Positions 18,910 to 29,123 are shown, counted from the first letter of the stretch. The stretch is 58,539 nucleotides of DNA from Alphaproteobacteria bacterium (GCA_017471805.1 JAFURS010000040.1:1-58539), one strand, 5' to 3'. Numbers and translations: made by a program. Notes: generated by a model not told the origin, from the sequence alone.

Positions 18910-19044
18910 ATGCCACTAAAAAGAAAAAAGAATCATTCATTTTTGAAAATCTTAATCTGGTTGTTTATTGCAATCGTGATTATTTTAATGCTTATATCGT
19001 TTTCCACCCCGCAACATATGACAGAAATTGTGGTATATCCATAA
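18910..19044 (+). CDS. small single-pass membrane protein (44 aa), not in the ORF track
   Basis: MPLKRKKNHSFLKILIWLFIAIVIILMLISFSTPQHMTEIVVYP; basic N-terminus plus one TM; TAATG overlap with the xerD start. Confidence 0.75.
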   Translation: MPLKRKKNHSFLKILIWLFIAIVIILMLISFSTPQHMTEIVVYP

Positions 19045-19895
19045 TGAAATACATCGACATATTTTTAGAAGCCCTGTCTGCTGAAAAAGGCCGCAGTGAA
19101 AAAACCCTGACCAGTTATGAATCAGATCTTCGTCTGGCCGACGCTGCGATTTCTGGGGGATTGCTAAATGCCGACACAAATGCGCTTCAATCATATCTGT
19201 CACACCTGCCGGACAAGCCGTCATCCATTGCCCGCAAAGCATCTGCCCTGCGTGGTTTTTACAAATTTTTAATGCTTGAAAAAATAATTACCACCAACCC
19301 CAGCAGTGGTCTTGAATTACCGAAACGCAGTCGCAGTCTGCCAAAATATTTATCTGTTGATGAAATTGAATTACTAATATCCAGTGCCGGCGACATAAAA
19401 AATTCGACCCGTTTACGTGCAATGATTGAATTACTTTACGCATCTGGTCTTCGTGTATCTGAACTGTGCGAACTGCCGACAACGGCCATTTTAGGCGACA
19501 AATTACTAATCCACGGCAAAGGTGCCAAAGAACGCCTTGTTCCAATGCACGATGCGGCCATCAACGCATTAAACAAGTGGCTTGCCGTGCGTGTCCCCAT
19601 TGAATCAAAATATGTATTTCCATCAACTGGCAAAACCGGCCACATTACTCGTGACGGTTTTTTCAAGATATTAAAAAAATGCGCAATCTTGGCGGGCATA
19701 TCCCCCGACCGGGTCAGTCCGCACGTCTTGCGCCACTCGTTTGCATCCCACCTATTGGCGGGCGGTGCAAATTTACGTATAATCCAGACAATGCTTGGTC
19801 ACGAAGACATTTCGACCACCCAAATTTACACACACGTATTGCCTGAAAAATTACAAGAAACGATTGAAAACTATCATCCACTATCAAATAAATAA
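19044..19895 (+). CDS. xerD: tyrosine recombinase XerD
   Basis: YASGLRVSEL, GKGAKER, SPHVLRHSFASHLL, LGHEDISTTQIYTHV; housekeeping context. Confidence 0.9.
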   Translation: MKYIDIFLEALSAEKGRSEKTLTSYESDLRLADAAISGGLLNADTNALQSYLSHLPDKPSSIARKASALRGFYKFLMLEKIITTNPSSGLELPKRSRSLPKYLSVDEIELLISSAGDIKNSTRLRAMIELLYASGLRVSELCELPTTAILGDKLLIHGKGAKERLVPMHDAAINALNKWLAVRVPIESKYVFPSTGKTGHITRDGFFKILKKCAILAGISPDRVSPHVLRHSFASHLLAGGANLRIIQTMLGHEDISTTQIYTHVLPEKLQETIENYHPLSNK

Positions 19896-19907
19896 AGGTC
19901 AAAAATA

Positions 19908-20411
19908 ATGATACGAAAATGTGACAAACCAGGCTGCACCAAGGCCGGCACTTGCCGGGCGCCCAAGACACGAGATTTACGTGAATATTGGTTTTTCTGT
20001 CCTGAACACGCCGCCGAATATAACAAGAACTGGAATTACTATGCCAATATGTCCGCCGAAGAAATCGAAGCCGACTGGGAACGTCAGACATTTGGCACAC
20101 CACTAAAAGACAAAGAAACCGCCAAAACAAATGCCACCGACTATGCAAAATTCCTAAACGACTTTATCACGGGCCGCAGCACATTTGATAAAATGCCTGC
20201 TAAAAGCAAACTGCCCACAACGGTCGTATCCGCATTAAAGGTATTTGACCTGACCATATCCGCCACCTGGCGTGAAGTTGGCACAAAATATCGTGCCTTG
20301 GCGAAAAAATACCACCCCGACACCGCAACCAACAAAGAAACCGCCGCCACTGAATTTGCCCGCATTTCAAGCGCATACGAAATTCTAAAAAAACATTTTG
20401 GAAAAAAGTAG
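19908..20411 (+). CDS. J-domain protein with N-terminal Cys/His motif
   Basis: CDKPGC..FCPEH..YNKNWNYY N-terminus; C-terminal J domain with HPD. Confidence 0.88.
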   Translation: MIRKCDKPGCTKAGTCRAPKTRDLREYWFFCPEHAAEYNKNWNYYANMSAEEIEADWERQTFGTPLKDKETAKTNATDYAKFLNDFITGRSTFDKMPAKSKLPTTVVSALKVFDLTISATWREVGTKYRALAKKYHPDTATNKETAATEFARISSAYEILKKHFGKK

Positions 20412-20473
20412 GTTGCACTGAATATATTCCCAAGACTATACTTAATATCATAAACATAGTCTGGGGAATAAAA

Positions 20474-21479
20474 ATGAATAAGATTGACATTGTCTACCTG
20501 TGGGTTGATGGCGCTGATAAAAACTGGCTGCGTGAAAAGACAAAATGGGAACGCCTGGCCAATCCGCAAATGGCCCCTGCCCCTGGGACCGCATCTGCCG
20601 AACGTTATCGTGATAATAACGAATTACTATATTCCCTGCGCAGTGTCGCCCAAAACGCCCAGTTTGTAAATCACATCTATATAATCACCGGCTTTAACCA
20701 GATTCCCAAATGGCTAAACACTAAAAAATCCCAAAATAACGATTATCCCCCACGAAGCAATAATCCCTGCATCTGCCCTGCCGACGTTTAATTCAAACAG
20801 TATTGAAATGTGTATTCCGAACATCCCCGGACTTTCCGAACACTTTTTACTAATGAACGATGACATTTTTTTCAACAAAAAACTATCTGCATCCTTCTTT
20901 TTTGACAGACACGGCCACGCAAAGAACCTTTACGTCCATCGACGGGTAAAATATAAAAACCTGGACCAAATATTAAAGAAATCTAACACCTATCGTTCTA
21001 CAATTCTGTTAAGTGCGAAAAAGATTCACGAAATCTATGGCACAAAGATGTATTCCTATGCCCCATCACACGGCATTGACCCATACCTAAAATCCACCTG
21101 GATTCAGTTTCAAAACCACCCAGAAATCAAAGAATCCATTGAAAAACAAATCCATAACAAATTCCGTCAACGTTGGGAATTTCAACGTTGGTTATTTACC
21201 CTGAACCAGGTCGTTCAAAAACACGCCACATTTCGCCGTTCACACCCGCCCAAAAGTGGCCACAACAAAATTCTGGACACGATATATAATATAACCCACT
21301 GGTTCAGCATACGCCGCTCGTCCTATGTTTGCCCGCACGTATCAGGCCATAAAACATCATTAAAATATGCGGCAATATTTTGCATAAACGATTCCGGCCA
21401 AAACACACCCCAACAACTATCAGAAAACACCGAATATTTATCAAAACGCTTTCCCAACAAATCAGAATTTGAAAAATAA
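20474..21479 (+). pseudogene. Stealth-family phosphoryltransferase split by a +1 frameshift
   Basis: CR1 IDIVYLWVD and CR2 ELLYSLRS in ORF1; LLMNDD and FCIND..FP.KS.FE in ORF2. Removing one A at 20723-20728 restores collinearity with the paralog at 38906. Confidence 0.85.
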
Positions 21480-21518
21480 AAAATGGCTATATCATAAAAA
21501 TATGATATAATCACACCT

Positions 21519-22199
21519 ATGAAGCGTTCTATCTGGTTTTGGCTGTGTTTTGTATTGACTGTCATTTTGGCAATATATTTTGCCACCCGTATAATTATGG
21601 TTGGAATGGGTCACGGTGACATATCACGTGTTCGCAACATTTCTATTTCTGCCGATGGCCGGAACAAGGATTTATCTATGATTGCCAATGCGGCATCTGT
21701 TGCGCCTGGCACCCGCACATATTCTGTGAATCTTGACAATATAAACACACGGATATTGTCCGTTCCTGGCGTTCAAAAATCTGCGGTTCGTCGTCTTGCG
21801 AATGGGAATTTATCTGTTCAGGTATCACTTTACACTGCGATTGCCCTGTGGACTGATGGTGCCAACTATTATCCACTGTCTGCGGATGGCACAATTGTGA
21901 ACACCCCGACCGAAATTCGTGATGAAAATCACATTGTATTTCGTGGTGCGGTCCCGAACGACATATCTGCAATAACCGACGCCGCCCAAAATTTACTTGG
22001 CATACTGGACTATATTGAATGGATTGAAAATCGCCGCTGGAATCTGCATACCACGGGCGGGATTACCATAAAATTGCCTGAACATAACGCAATCAACGCA
22101 ATCAACACACTAATTACAATGAATCAGACGCATCACATTCTGAATCGTAAAATCAGTGTTATCGATATGCGTGACGACGCCCGTATTTTGGTAAAATAA
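21519..22199 (+). CDS. ftsQ: cell division protein FtsQ/DivIB
   Basis: N-terminal TM, POTRA-like VQKSAVRR, RRWNL and IDMRD; precedes ftsA. Confidence 0.9.
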   Translation: MKRSIWFWLCFVLTVILAIYFATRIIMVGMGHGDISRVRNISISADGRNKDLSMIANAASVAPGTRTYSVNLDNINTRILSVPGVQKSAVRRLANGNLSVQVSLYTAIALWTDGANYYPLSADGTIVNTPTEIRDENHIVFRGAVPNDISAITDAAQNLLGILDYIEWIENRRWNLHTTGGITIKLPEHNAINAINTLITMNQTHHILNRKISVIDMRDDARILVK

Positions 22200-22216
22200 A
22201 ACCTAAAAGTCTAAAA

Positions 22217-23992
22217 ATGAACTTGTTTGATTCATCTTTTCTATGCCTGGACATAGGCACATATTGTGTTCGTGGGCTTGCCCACAGGGTTCGTGGTGCG
22301 AACATTGACCGTTCTGCTTTTTTCAGCATAGACAGTTGCGACACGACATTTGCAATCAAGTCTGTAATTGACGAACTTGAAAAGCAAATTGGCGCCCACT
22401 TTGATGGTGCTTATATAACGGGCAACTTTGGTCAATCACATTACGATATGTCGTATCAGCCCCTAAATTGGAACGGGGAACATAAAATTACTGCATCTGA
22501 TATTCGTCATCAAATATCCCAGATAACACCACCTGATGGCTATTTTCCGATGCACATAATCCCACTGCGTTATTATTCCCCCCAGGCAAAAAATATGTTA
22601 ACCCCCATTGGTCATATTGACCACCAACTAATTTCCGTATTTGGGGTTATATCATACCTGCGCGGTGACACCGACAAATTATACGAACACCTTCATAATG
22701 CGCACATACAACCCAGTGCCTTTTACGACCCCCAGTTTTTACAAAATGCAATTTATCGCTCTGAAAAGCAAACAACCCTTTTCATAGACTTTGGTGCATC
22801 ATATACCAGCGCATCCATCTGGACCGACCGTGGACCGGTTTGGCACACAAAAATCGCCCAGGGCGGCAACGCAATAACCAACGCAATCAAGGACACGCTT
22901 AACCTGGACTTTGAATCTGCCAACCGCATTAAACACGCTGTTGCGTCTGTTATGCCCAAGGAAACAGACCGCTTTATTCCTGCGGACCGTGAATATGCCT
23001 TTTCACGCAGCGATGTGAACGACATAATTATTCCTATATTGGTTGACATAATCGCCCAGATAAAGGACCAATGCACCCCATCATTTAAAAAGCATCGTCC
23101 AACCAAAATTGTATTAACAGGTGGCGGTTGCGCAATCGAAGGTCTGCAAAACTTCATTGAAAACGCCTTTGCGGTTGTGACCAACGTTTTACCAAACGAC
23201 GCATCTGTTCGTGCATTATCTGACTATATCTGGCAGATGCAATCCGGCCGTCGCAATCGCTATATTGCCCGCCACAATCGTTGGGCCCGTCGTGCGAATT
23301 GGTTCACCCGCCTGTTCCGCCGTCGTCCAAAGCCTGCAACAAAATTCATTCCAATTATGCCCAGCACATTGTGCTTTGATATGCGTCGTCCAGAAACATA
23401 CAGTCTGTTTAAATCTGGCGGCATATCTATGATACACGTTGACATAATGGACGGGTTTTACGTTGACCGTGTGACGGACAATACCGAACAAATCAAAAAC
23501 ATCCGCTGTCATACAAACGCACACTTGCACGTTCATCTAATGACCGAAAGTCCGGCCGTTTGGGCATCTGATGCAATTTCTGCTGGGGCTGACACGATAA
23601 TTTTATCAACCGGCACATCTGGCCTGCGCAATGCGATAAAAACTGTTCGCAATTCTGGCCGTCGTGTTGGCATTGCCCTGCACCCTGATTCATCAGTGTC
23701 ATTATTAAAACCAATTTTGCGTGACATTGACGAAGTAATGGTTATGTCGGTTGCCCCTGGGGCTGCATCCCAGGCATTTATACCCGACTCTCTTCGCAAG
23801 ATATCTGTATTGGCCGCCACACGCAAAAAATACGGTCTAAAATTCTTAATATCTGTTGACGGCGGAATAACGCCTGAAACAGCAAAATTATGTTGGGACG
23901 CTGGTGCTGATTTATTAGTATCTGGTTCATACCTTGCCCGGTCTACTGATTTTCCACTGGCGGTTCAAAGTTTATTAAAGAAACCAGAATAA
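22217..23992 (+). CDS. ftsA-rpe: FtsA - ribulose-phosphate 3-epimerase fusion protein
   Basis: aa 1-340 actin-like (LDIGT, IDFGASYT, VLTGGG); aa 376-591 Rpe (HVDIMDG, HVHLM, VMSVAPG, VDGGI, GADLLVSGS). Confidence 0.9.
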   Translation: MNLFDSSFLCLDIGTYCVRGLAHRVRGANIDRSAFFSIDSCDTTFAIKSVIDELEKQIGAHFDGAYITGNFGQSHYDMSYQPLNWNGEHKITASDIRHQISQITPPDGYFPMHIIPLRYYSPQAKNMLTPIGHIDHQLISVFGVISYLRGDTDKLYEHLHNAHIQPSAFYDPQFLQNAIYRSEKQTTLFIDFGASYTSASIWTDRGPVWHTKIAQGGNAITNAIKDTLNLDFESANRIKHAVASVMPKETDRFIPADREYAFSRSDVNDIIIPILVDIIAQIKDQCTPSFKKHRPTKIVLTGGGCAIEGLQNFIENAFAVVTNVLPNDASVRALSDYIWQMQSGRRNRYIARHNRWARRANWFTRLFRRRPKPATKFIPIMPSTLCFDMRRPETYSLFKSGGISMIHVDIMDGFYVDRVTDNTEQIKNIRCHTNAHLHVHLMTESPAVWASDAISAGADTIILSTGTSGLRNAIKTVRNSGRRVGIALHPDSSVSLLKPILRDIDEVMVMSVAPGAASQAFIPDSLRKISVLAATRKKYGLKFLISVDGGITPETAKLCWDAGADLLVSGSYLARSTDFPLAVQSLLKKPE

Positions 23993-24001
23993 GAAAGAAA
24001 T

Positions 24002-24033
24002 AAATAAAACACCGCAAAAAACGGTGTTTTATT
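24002..24033. terminator. bidirectional intrinsic terminator
   Basis: aaataaaacaccg-caaaaaa-cggtgttttattt. Confidence 0.88.
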
Positions 24034-24127
24034 TTTGCAAACACAGCGCATTTAGGGATGTGGGTTCGGGCCTTTTGCCAAAGTCCTGATTTTTCGCAAT
24101 GTTCACACTGTGCGTTTTCTTTAACGC
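24002..24127 (-). ncRNA. unassigned structured small RNA (6S-like candidate)
   Basis: Extended -10 TGCTATAAT at 24134-24142; closing stem 24041-24050/24104-24113; central bubble; apical hairpin; ends at a terminator. Confidence 0.5.
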
Positions 24128-24181
24128 ATAACCATTATAGCAATGCGCCCCTGACAAATCCACAGGCAACAATTCCCAGAA

Positions 24182-24580
24182 CTATTGACGCACGATTTTT
24201 CGCCCATCCCCATTTTGTGTTATAAACAAATGAATTGTATTTTCTGGCAACAAATCACGTGCAATTTCCGGCCACTCAATCAACGTTATATCGTTTTGCA
24301 TTGCATATTCCAAACCGATTTCCGTCAATTCAGACACATCTTCGACCCGATATAAATCAAAGTGCGAAATCCCATCATACGATTGCACGATTGTAAATGT
24401 CGGGCTGGGGACAACGGTATCTGCGCCACGCAACGTTTGAATAACAGTTCTTGCAATCTCAGACTTTCCCATTCCCAAATCACCGTGCAGCGCCACCACC
24501 ACTGGTGCCACCAAGGTCTGTGCAAAATTCCGTGCAAAATCCCGTGTTTCTTCTATATTATTCAGAACATATTCTTGCAT
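24182..24580 (-). CDS. tsaE: tRNA threonylcarbamoyladenosine biosynthesis ATPase TsaE
   Basis: GDLGMGKS, SPTFT, HFDLYR, IEWP motifs. Confidence 0.96.
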   Translation of the reverse strand: MQEYVLNNIEETRDFARNFAQTLVAPVVVALHGDLGMGKSEIARTVIQTLRGADTVVPSPTFTIVQSYDGISHFDLYRVEDVSELTEIGLEYAMQNDITLIEWPEIARDLLPENTIHLFITQNGDGRKIVRQ

Positions 24581-24583
24581 TTT

Positions 24584-26578
24584 CTACTCCACCAACAACA
24601 AATCATCTTCTAACTTTCGCACTGTATCACGCAAATGTGCGGCCCGCTCAAATTCTAAATCTTCTGCGGCCTGGTGCATTTGCCGTGTCAGTTTTTTTAT
24701 TTCCTTGCGAATTGAATCCGCATCCATCACCCCACCTGACTTATCATACACAAATTGACGTCCCTTGTCAGTCTTTTCTTGTTTTTCGCCCACCTCGGCA
24801 AAGACAGCCTTTGCCACAGTCTTTGGCACAATTCCGTGTTCTGCATTATATGCCATCTGTTTTTCACGTCTGCGCTCTGTTTCGGTTAATGCCGCCTGCA
24901 TAGAATCTGTAATTTTATCAGCATACAATATTACCCGTCCATTTGCATTACGTGCCGCCCGCCCAATTGTCTGAATCAGCGACCGCACCGACCGCAAGAA
25001 CCCTTCTTTATCGGCATCCATAATTGCGACCAATTCACACTCTGGCACATCCAGCCCTTCACGCAACAGGTTAATCCCAACCAGAACATCAAATTTCCCC
25101 AGTCTTAAATCACGCAGCAATTCAATACGTTCCAACGTTTCAATATCGCTATGCAGATACTTTGCCCTGACCCCATTTTCATTTAAATAGTCGGTTAATT
25201 GTTCTGCCATTTTCTTGGTCAATGTCGTCACCAACACCCGCCCTGGGACAACTTTTTTTACCTGACACAACAAATCATCAACCTGATGTTGTGTCGGTCT
25301 GACTTCGCATACCGGATCCAACAGCCCTGTGGGACGAATAACCTGCTCTGACACGATGCCACCCGCCTGCTCTAATTCCCAGTCTGCCGGTGTCGCAGAA
25401 ACAAATATCGTCTGTGGGCGCAACCTGTCCCATTCATCGAACGTCAACGGTCGATTATCTATACAGGCCGGCAGCCGAAATCCATACTGTGACAACGTTT
25501 CCTTGCGTGCCCTGTCGCCCCGACTCATTGCGCCAATTTGTGGCACCGTCACGTGACTTTCGTCAATAAACAGAACCGCATCACTTGGCAAGTATTCAAA
25601 CAACGTTGGTGGTGGCTGTCCTGGCAACCGCCCTGACAAATATCGAGAATAATTTTCGACCCCCCTGCACGTCCCAGTGCTTTCCAACATTTCAATATCG
25701 AAATTCACCCTTTCACGCAGCCTTTGTTCTTCGACATACTTCATATTTTCGTGAAAATATTCCAACCTTTCTTTCAGGTCTGCACGAATTTGATTCAACG
25801 CCTGCAACACACTTGGCATCGGTGTTGCATAGTGCGTATTTGGATAAACTGCAACTCTGTCCAACTTGCGCAATTTTGCCCCAGTCAAGGTATCAAATTC
25901 CCAAATTTCTTCGATTTCATCCCCCCAGAACGATAATTTCCATCCCCTGTCCTGTGCGTGTGATGGAAAAACATCCAATGTATCGCCCCGCACCCTAAAA
26001 TTACCACGTTCAAATCCTACATCATTACGTTTATATTGAATATCAACCAACGCCCGCATAACATCTTTCATTGCTATTTGGTCACCTGCCATCAGAACCA
26101 ATCGCATCCCGGCATATTGCTCTGGCGAGCCCATACCATAAATAGACGACACACTGGACACGACCACAACATCACGTTCTTCCAGCATTGCCCGTGTTGC
26201 ACTGTGTCGCATACGGTCCAACTGTTCATTTATAGACGCATCCTTGTCAATATATGTATCTGTGGTTGGCATATATGCCTCTGGCTGATAATAATCATAA
26301 TAAGACACAAAATATTCCACGTGATTTTTTGGAAAGAACGACTTCATTTCTGTATATAATTGCGCCGCCAAAATCTTATTAGGTGCCATAATCAAGGCCG
26401 GTCGCCCAAGTTCTGCGATAACATTTGCCATTGTAAATGTTTTCCCAGACCCCGTCACCCCCAGCAACACCTGGGATTGCCGTCCATCATTTACCCCACG
26501 GACCAACTCAGCAATTGCCGTTGGCTGGTCCCCCATCGGTTTATAATCACTTTCAAGATAAAATTGTGCTTTTTTCAT
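24584..26578 (-). CDS. uvrB: excinuclease ABC subunit B
   Basis: GVTGSGKT, SYYDYYQPEAY, DESH, QTIGRAARN, C-terminal UVR domain. Confidence 0.98.
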   Translation of the reverse strand: MKKAQFYLESDYKPMGDQPTAIAELVRGVNDGRQSQVLLGVTGSGKTFTMANVIAELGRPALIMAPNKILAAQLYTEMKSFFPKNHVEYFVSYYDYYQPEAYMPTTDTYIDKDASINEQLDRMRHSATRAMLEERDVVVVSSVSSIYGMGSPEQYAGMRLVLMAGDQIAMKDVMRALVDIQYKRNDVGFERGNFRVRGDTLDVFPSHAQDRGWKLSFWGDEIEEIWEFDTLTGAKLRKLDRVAVYPNTHYATPMPSVLQALNQIRADLKERLEYFHENMKYVEEQRLRERVNFDIEMLESTGTCRGVENYSRYLSGRLPGQPPPTLFEYLPSDAVLFIDESHVTVPQIGAMSRGDRARKETLSQYGFRLPACIDNRPLTFDEWDRLRPQTIFVSATPADWELEQAGGIVSEQVIRPTGLLDPVCEVRPTQHQVDDLLCQVKKVVPGRVLVTTLTKKMAEQLTDYLNENGVRAKYLHSDIETLERIELLRDLRLGKFDVLVGINLLREGLDVPECELVAIMDADKEGFLRSVRSLIQTIGRAARNANGRVILYADKITDSMQAALTETERRREKQMAYNAEHGIVPKTVAKAVFAEVGEKQEKTDKGRQFVYDKSGGVMDADSIRKEIKKLTRQMHQAAEDLEFERAAHLRDTVRKLEDDLLLVE

Positions 26579-26638
26579 TTTTTTATTAACAAAACATAAT
26601 ATAATCCATTATAATAAAAAAACAAGGGACGAGAGAAA

Positions 26639-29113
26639 ATGGCACTAACCCCAAAATGCAAGCGACGAATATTGTGGTCATTACTGTGTGCATTTTGCGC
26701 AATTGTCCTGTGCGCTATTATTATTCCGCCGTTTATCACCCTAAACAGTTTCAAACCTATAATTGAAAAATCCATATACGAACAAATGTTTGTTCCTGCG
26801 AAATTAAATGGGGACATACATTTCAGTCTGGTTGGTGGCGCCACGATTGTTGTTCACGACGTTGATGTTCCAACGGCCCGTATTGGTTCTGTGATGTTGC
26901 ATATTCCATTTTCTGATTTTTTTGACATTGAAAATGCACAACTTGAAAACACAGTATCTGTTTATGATGCCGACATTTCGATTTCAAAACTTGAACCTGC
27001 CTCGTTCAATCACAACATAAACATATACAACAGCACGATTGAATTTCTTGGACGTAAATTTTATGTCATCCGTGCAAAATTCCAAGACGGCGAATTTCAC
27101 GGCACCATTCGCACAGAAAAGCACAAATACGACGTTGAATTTATCGGCGACACATTTCATATCAAGAACAAAAACAACGCCCTTGAAATTACCGGTCAAA
27201 TATACTCAGACGGTTTAATTCGTGGCCACATAAGCCTTGAAACCGATGAAATCAACGACTGGTTTAATTTTTCTGTCCCCAGAATCGACAAAACCATTAA
27301 CGTCAGTGCCAACTTTGAATGGGACGGTGGCGACGGCTATAAATTTACCAACATTCAATCTGACCACATTTCTGGCAACATCGAAATCACCCCTGACGGC
27401 GAACGCATTATCCAATTGGTATCCAACGACCTGGACTTTGACTTTTCGTTCTTAACAACACCGGACACATCATTAAACAAGACAACACTAAATCTGGATT
27501 TATACGGCAAATTACAATTTGGCAACCAAACATTTAACCACCTTCGTGTTATGGCAACATCTGCCCAGAACAAATTACAAATTGGCAATATCCTGGCCGA
27601 CGACATTGCAATCACAGGTGGCACAATAACCCCAAATGGTGCATCAAATATAATGATTACAATGCCTGTAAATAACACAACCGCAATGTGTATATTTTCC
27701 GGCACCCCCAACGATTGGGAATGTTCTGTATTCACATACGGCAACCTATCTGGTTCACTGTCTGTTAATGAATCTGGCTACGATGTTTTTGTTCAATCCA
27801 ACCTGCCAATGCCAAATTCTTCTGAATTATTATCCCTTGCCAAACGATTGGGCAATCACGGCATAATAAACTTTCAATTCTCAGACATTGGTGGTGTATA
27901 TAAAATAAATGACAACAAAATCGACACAACCTATACCTATGCCCAGGACAAAACCCTGTCTTGGCTAAACCTAGATCTGCCATTTTTACCAGACTTCATA
28001 TTAAATGCCCCTGGCGATTTTTCGTGGGACGACGGTATGCTAACCTTTGTTCCATACAATAACCAATGGCAATTATCCACCTATGACAACTATTTTTACC
28101 TGTCCGGCATCAGTTTCAAGACCTGGCTGCCTGAACTAGATTTACAACCCATAAACGATTCAAATTATATAATCACTGGATTTTATTCATCTGGTCGCAT
28201 ATCTAACCTAGAAATCACAATCGACAATCACAAATTCAACGGCAGTTTTTCTGGCAACACCCTGACCCTGCACACCGCTCAGTTATCACTGGACGCAATC
28301 AAAAACCTTGAATACTTTGATAACTTTGCCGAACAAGAATTTTTAACCAATTCCCCTATTTTAATTCCATTTAATCTGCCGGTAAATATTTCCCTGTCGG
28401 CTGACACATTGGTATATGATGGCAACATTTATCAAAATTTCATCTATACCCTGAAACCCAATATCCAGACCTTTTCAATCACAGACTCTGACCGGGGCAA
28501 CATATTGGCAACTATTGAACGTGATAAAACGAACTATGATATATTTGCCCAATTGAACAAGTTCCTAATCAACGGCACACTGCTAAATACAAAAATGCCC
28601 CTTAATATCCAAGATTCAACAATAACCGGCCAAATTCTATTAACAACATCTGGCCAAATTGCCCACGACATAGACTATAATATGACCGGCACACTTGATT
28701 TAACATTTAACGGCGGTAAAATTATTGGAATGTCATTTGATAAATTTTATGCATCCGCCGAAAACATCACATCATTAAATGCCGAATACGCCCTGTCAAA
28801 CGCACTATCTGGTGGCGAAACGGCCCTAAAACAAATGCGGATTATTGGCACCTATGAACACGGAAACTTTATTACCACCCAACCGATTGAAATATCTATG
28901 CGCCACACCAGTGGCATTGGTGGCCTGGCAATAAACGACGGTATGATGACGGCTGAATTTGATTTAACACTGCGTGGCACGGCCCCAACACCTGCAACAA
29001 TCGCATTAAGCATTCTGCCCGACGGCGGTCGTCAGTATTCATTATCTGAAATAATGAAAGACATCGATCCTGGTTTTATGCGTGCATTTGTGAAAACCCA
29101 CGACAAGTTTTAA
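26639..29113 (+). CDS. AsmA-family (lipid-bridge-like) envelope protein
   Basis: 824 aa; N-terminal TM anchor followed by PPFITLNSFKPIIE..LNGDIHFSL; beta-rich throughout; C-terminal AsmA-like region. Confidence 0.7.
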   Translation: MALTPKCKRRILWSLLCAFCAIVLCAIIIPPFITLNSFKPIIEKSIYEQMFVPAKLNGDIHFSLVGGATIVVHDVDVPTARIGSVMLHIPFSDFFDIENAQLENTVSVYDADISISKLEPASFNHNINIYNSTIEFLGRKFYVIRAKFQDGEFHGTIRTEKHKYDVEFIGDTFHIKNKNNALEITGQIYSDGLIRGHISLETDEINDWFNFSVPRIDKTINVSANFEWDGGDGYKFTNIQSDHISGNIEITPDGERIIQLVSNDLDFDFSFLTTPDTSLNKTTLNLDLYGKLQFGNQTFNHLRVMATSAQNKLQIGNILADDIAITGGTITPNGASNIMITMPVNNTTAMCIFSGTPNDWECSVFTYGNLSGSLSVNESGYDVFVQSNLPMPNSSELLSLAKRLGNHGIINFQFSDIGGVYKINDNKIDTTYTYAQDKTLSWLNLDLPFLPDFILNAPGDFSWDDGMLTFVPYNNQWQLSTYDNYFYLSGISFKTWLPELDLQPINDSNYIITGFYSSGRISNLEITIDNHKFNGSFSGNTLTLHTAQLSLDAIKNLEYFDNFAEQEFLTNSPILIPFNLPVNISLSADTLVYDGNIYQNFIYTLKPNIQTFSITDSDRGNILATIERDKTNYDIFAQLNKFLINGTLLNTKMPLNIQDSTITGQILLTTSGQIAHDIDYNMTGTLDLTFNGGKIIGMSFDKFYASAENITSLNAEYALSNALSGGETALKQMRIIGTYEHGNFITTQPIEISMRHTSGIGGLAINDGMMTAEFDLTLRGTAPTPATIALSILPDGGRQYSLSEIMKDIDPGFMRAFVKTHDKF

Positions 29114-29123
29114 TAAAAATTAT

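Noticed and set aside
19044-19895. Phage or island integrase
   Set aside because: Motifs and housekeeping neighbours fit chromosomal XerD; no att sites or cargo genes.
21488-21509. Perfect 9-bp inverted repeat tatatcata/tatgatata before ftsQ as an operator
   Set aside because: Very AT-rich, and one arm is simply the extended -10 box; no second instance supports a regulator.
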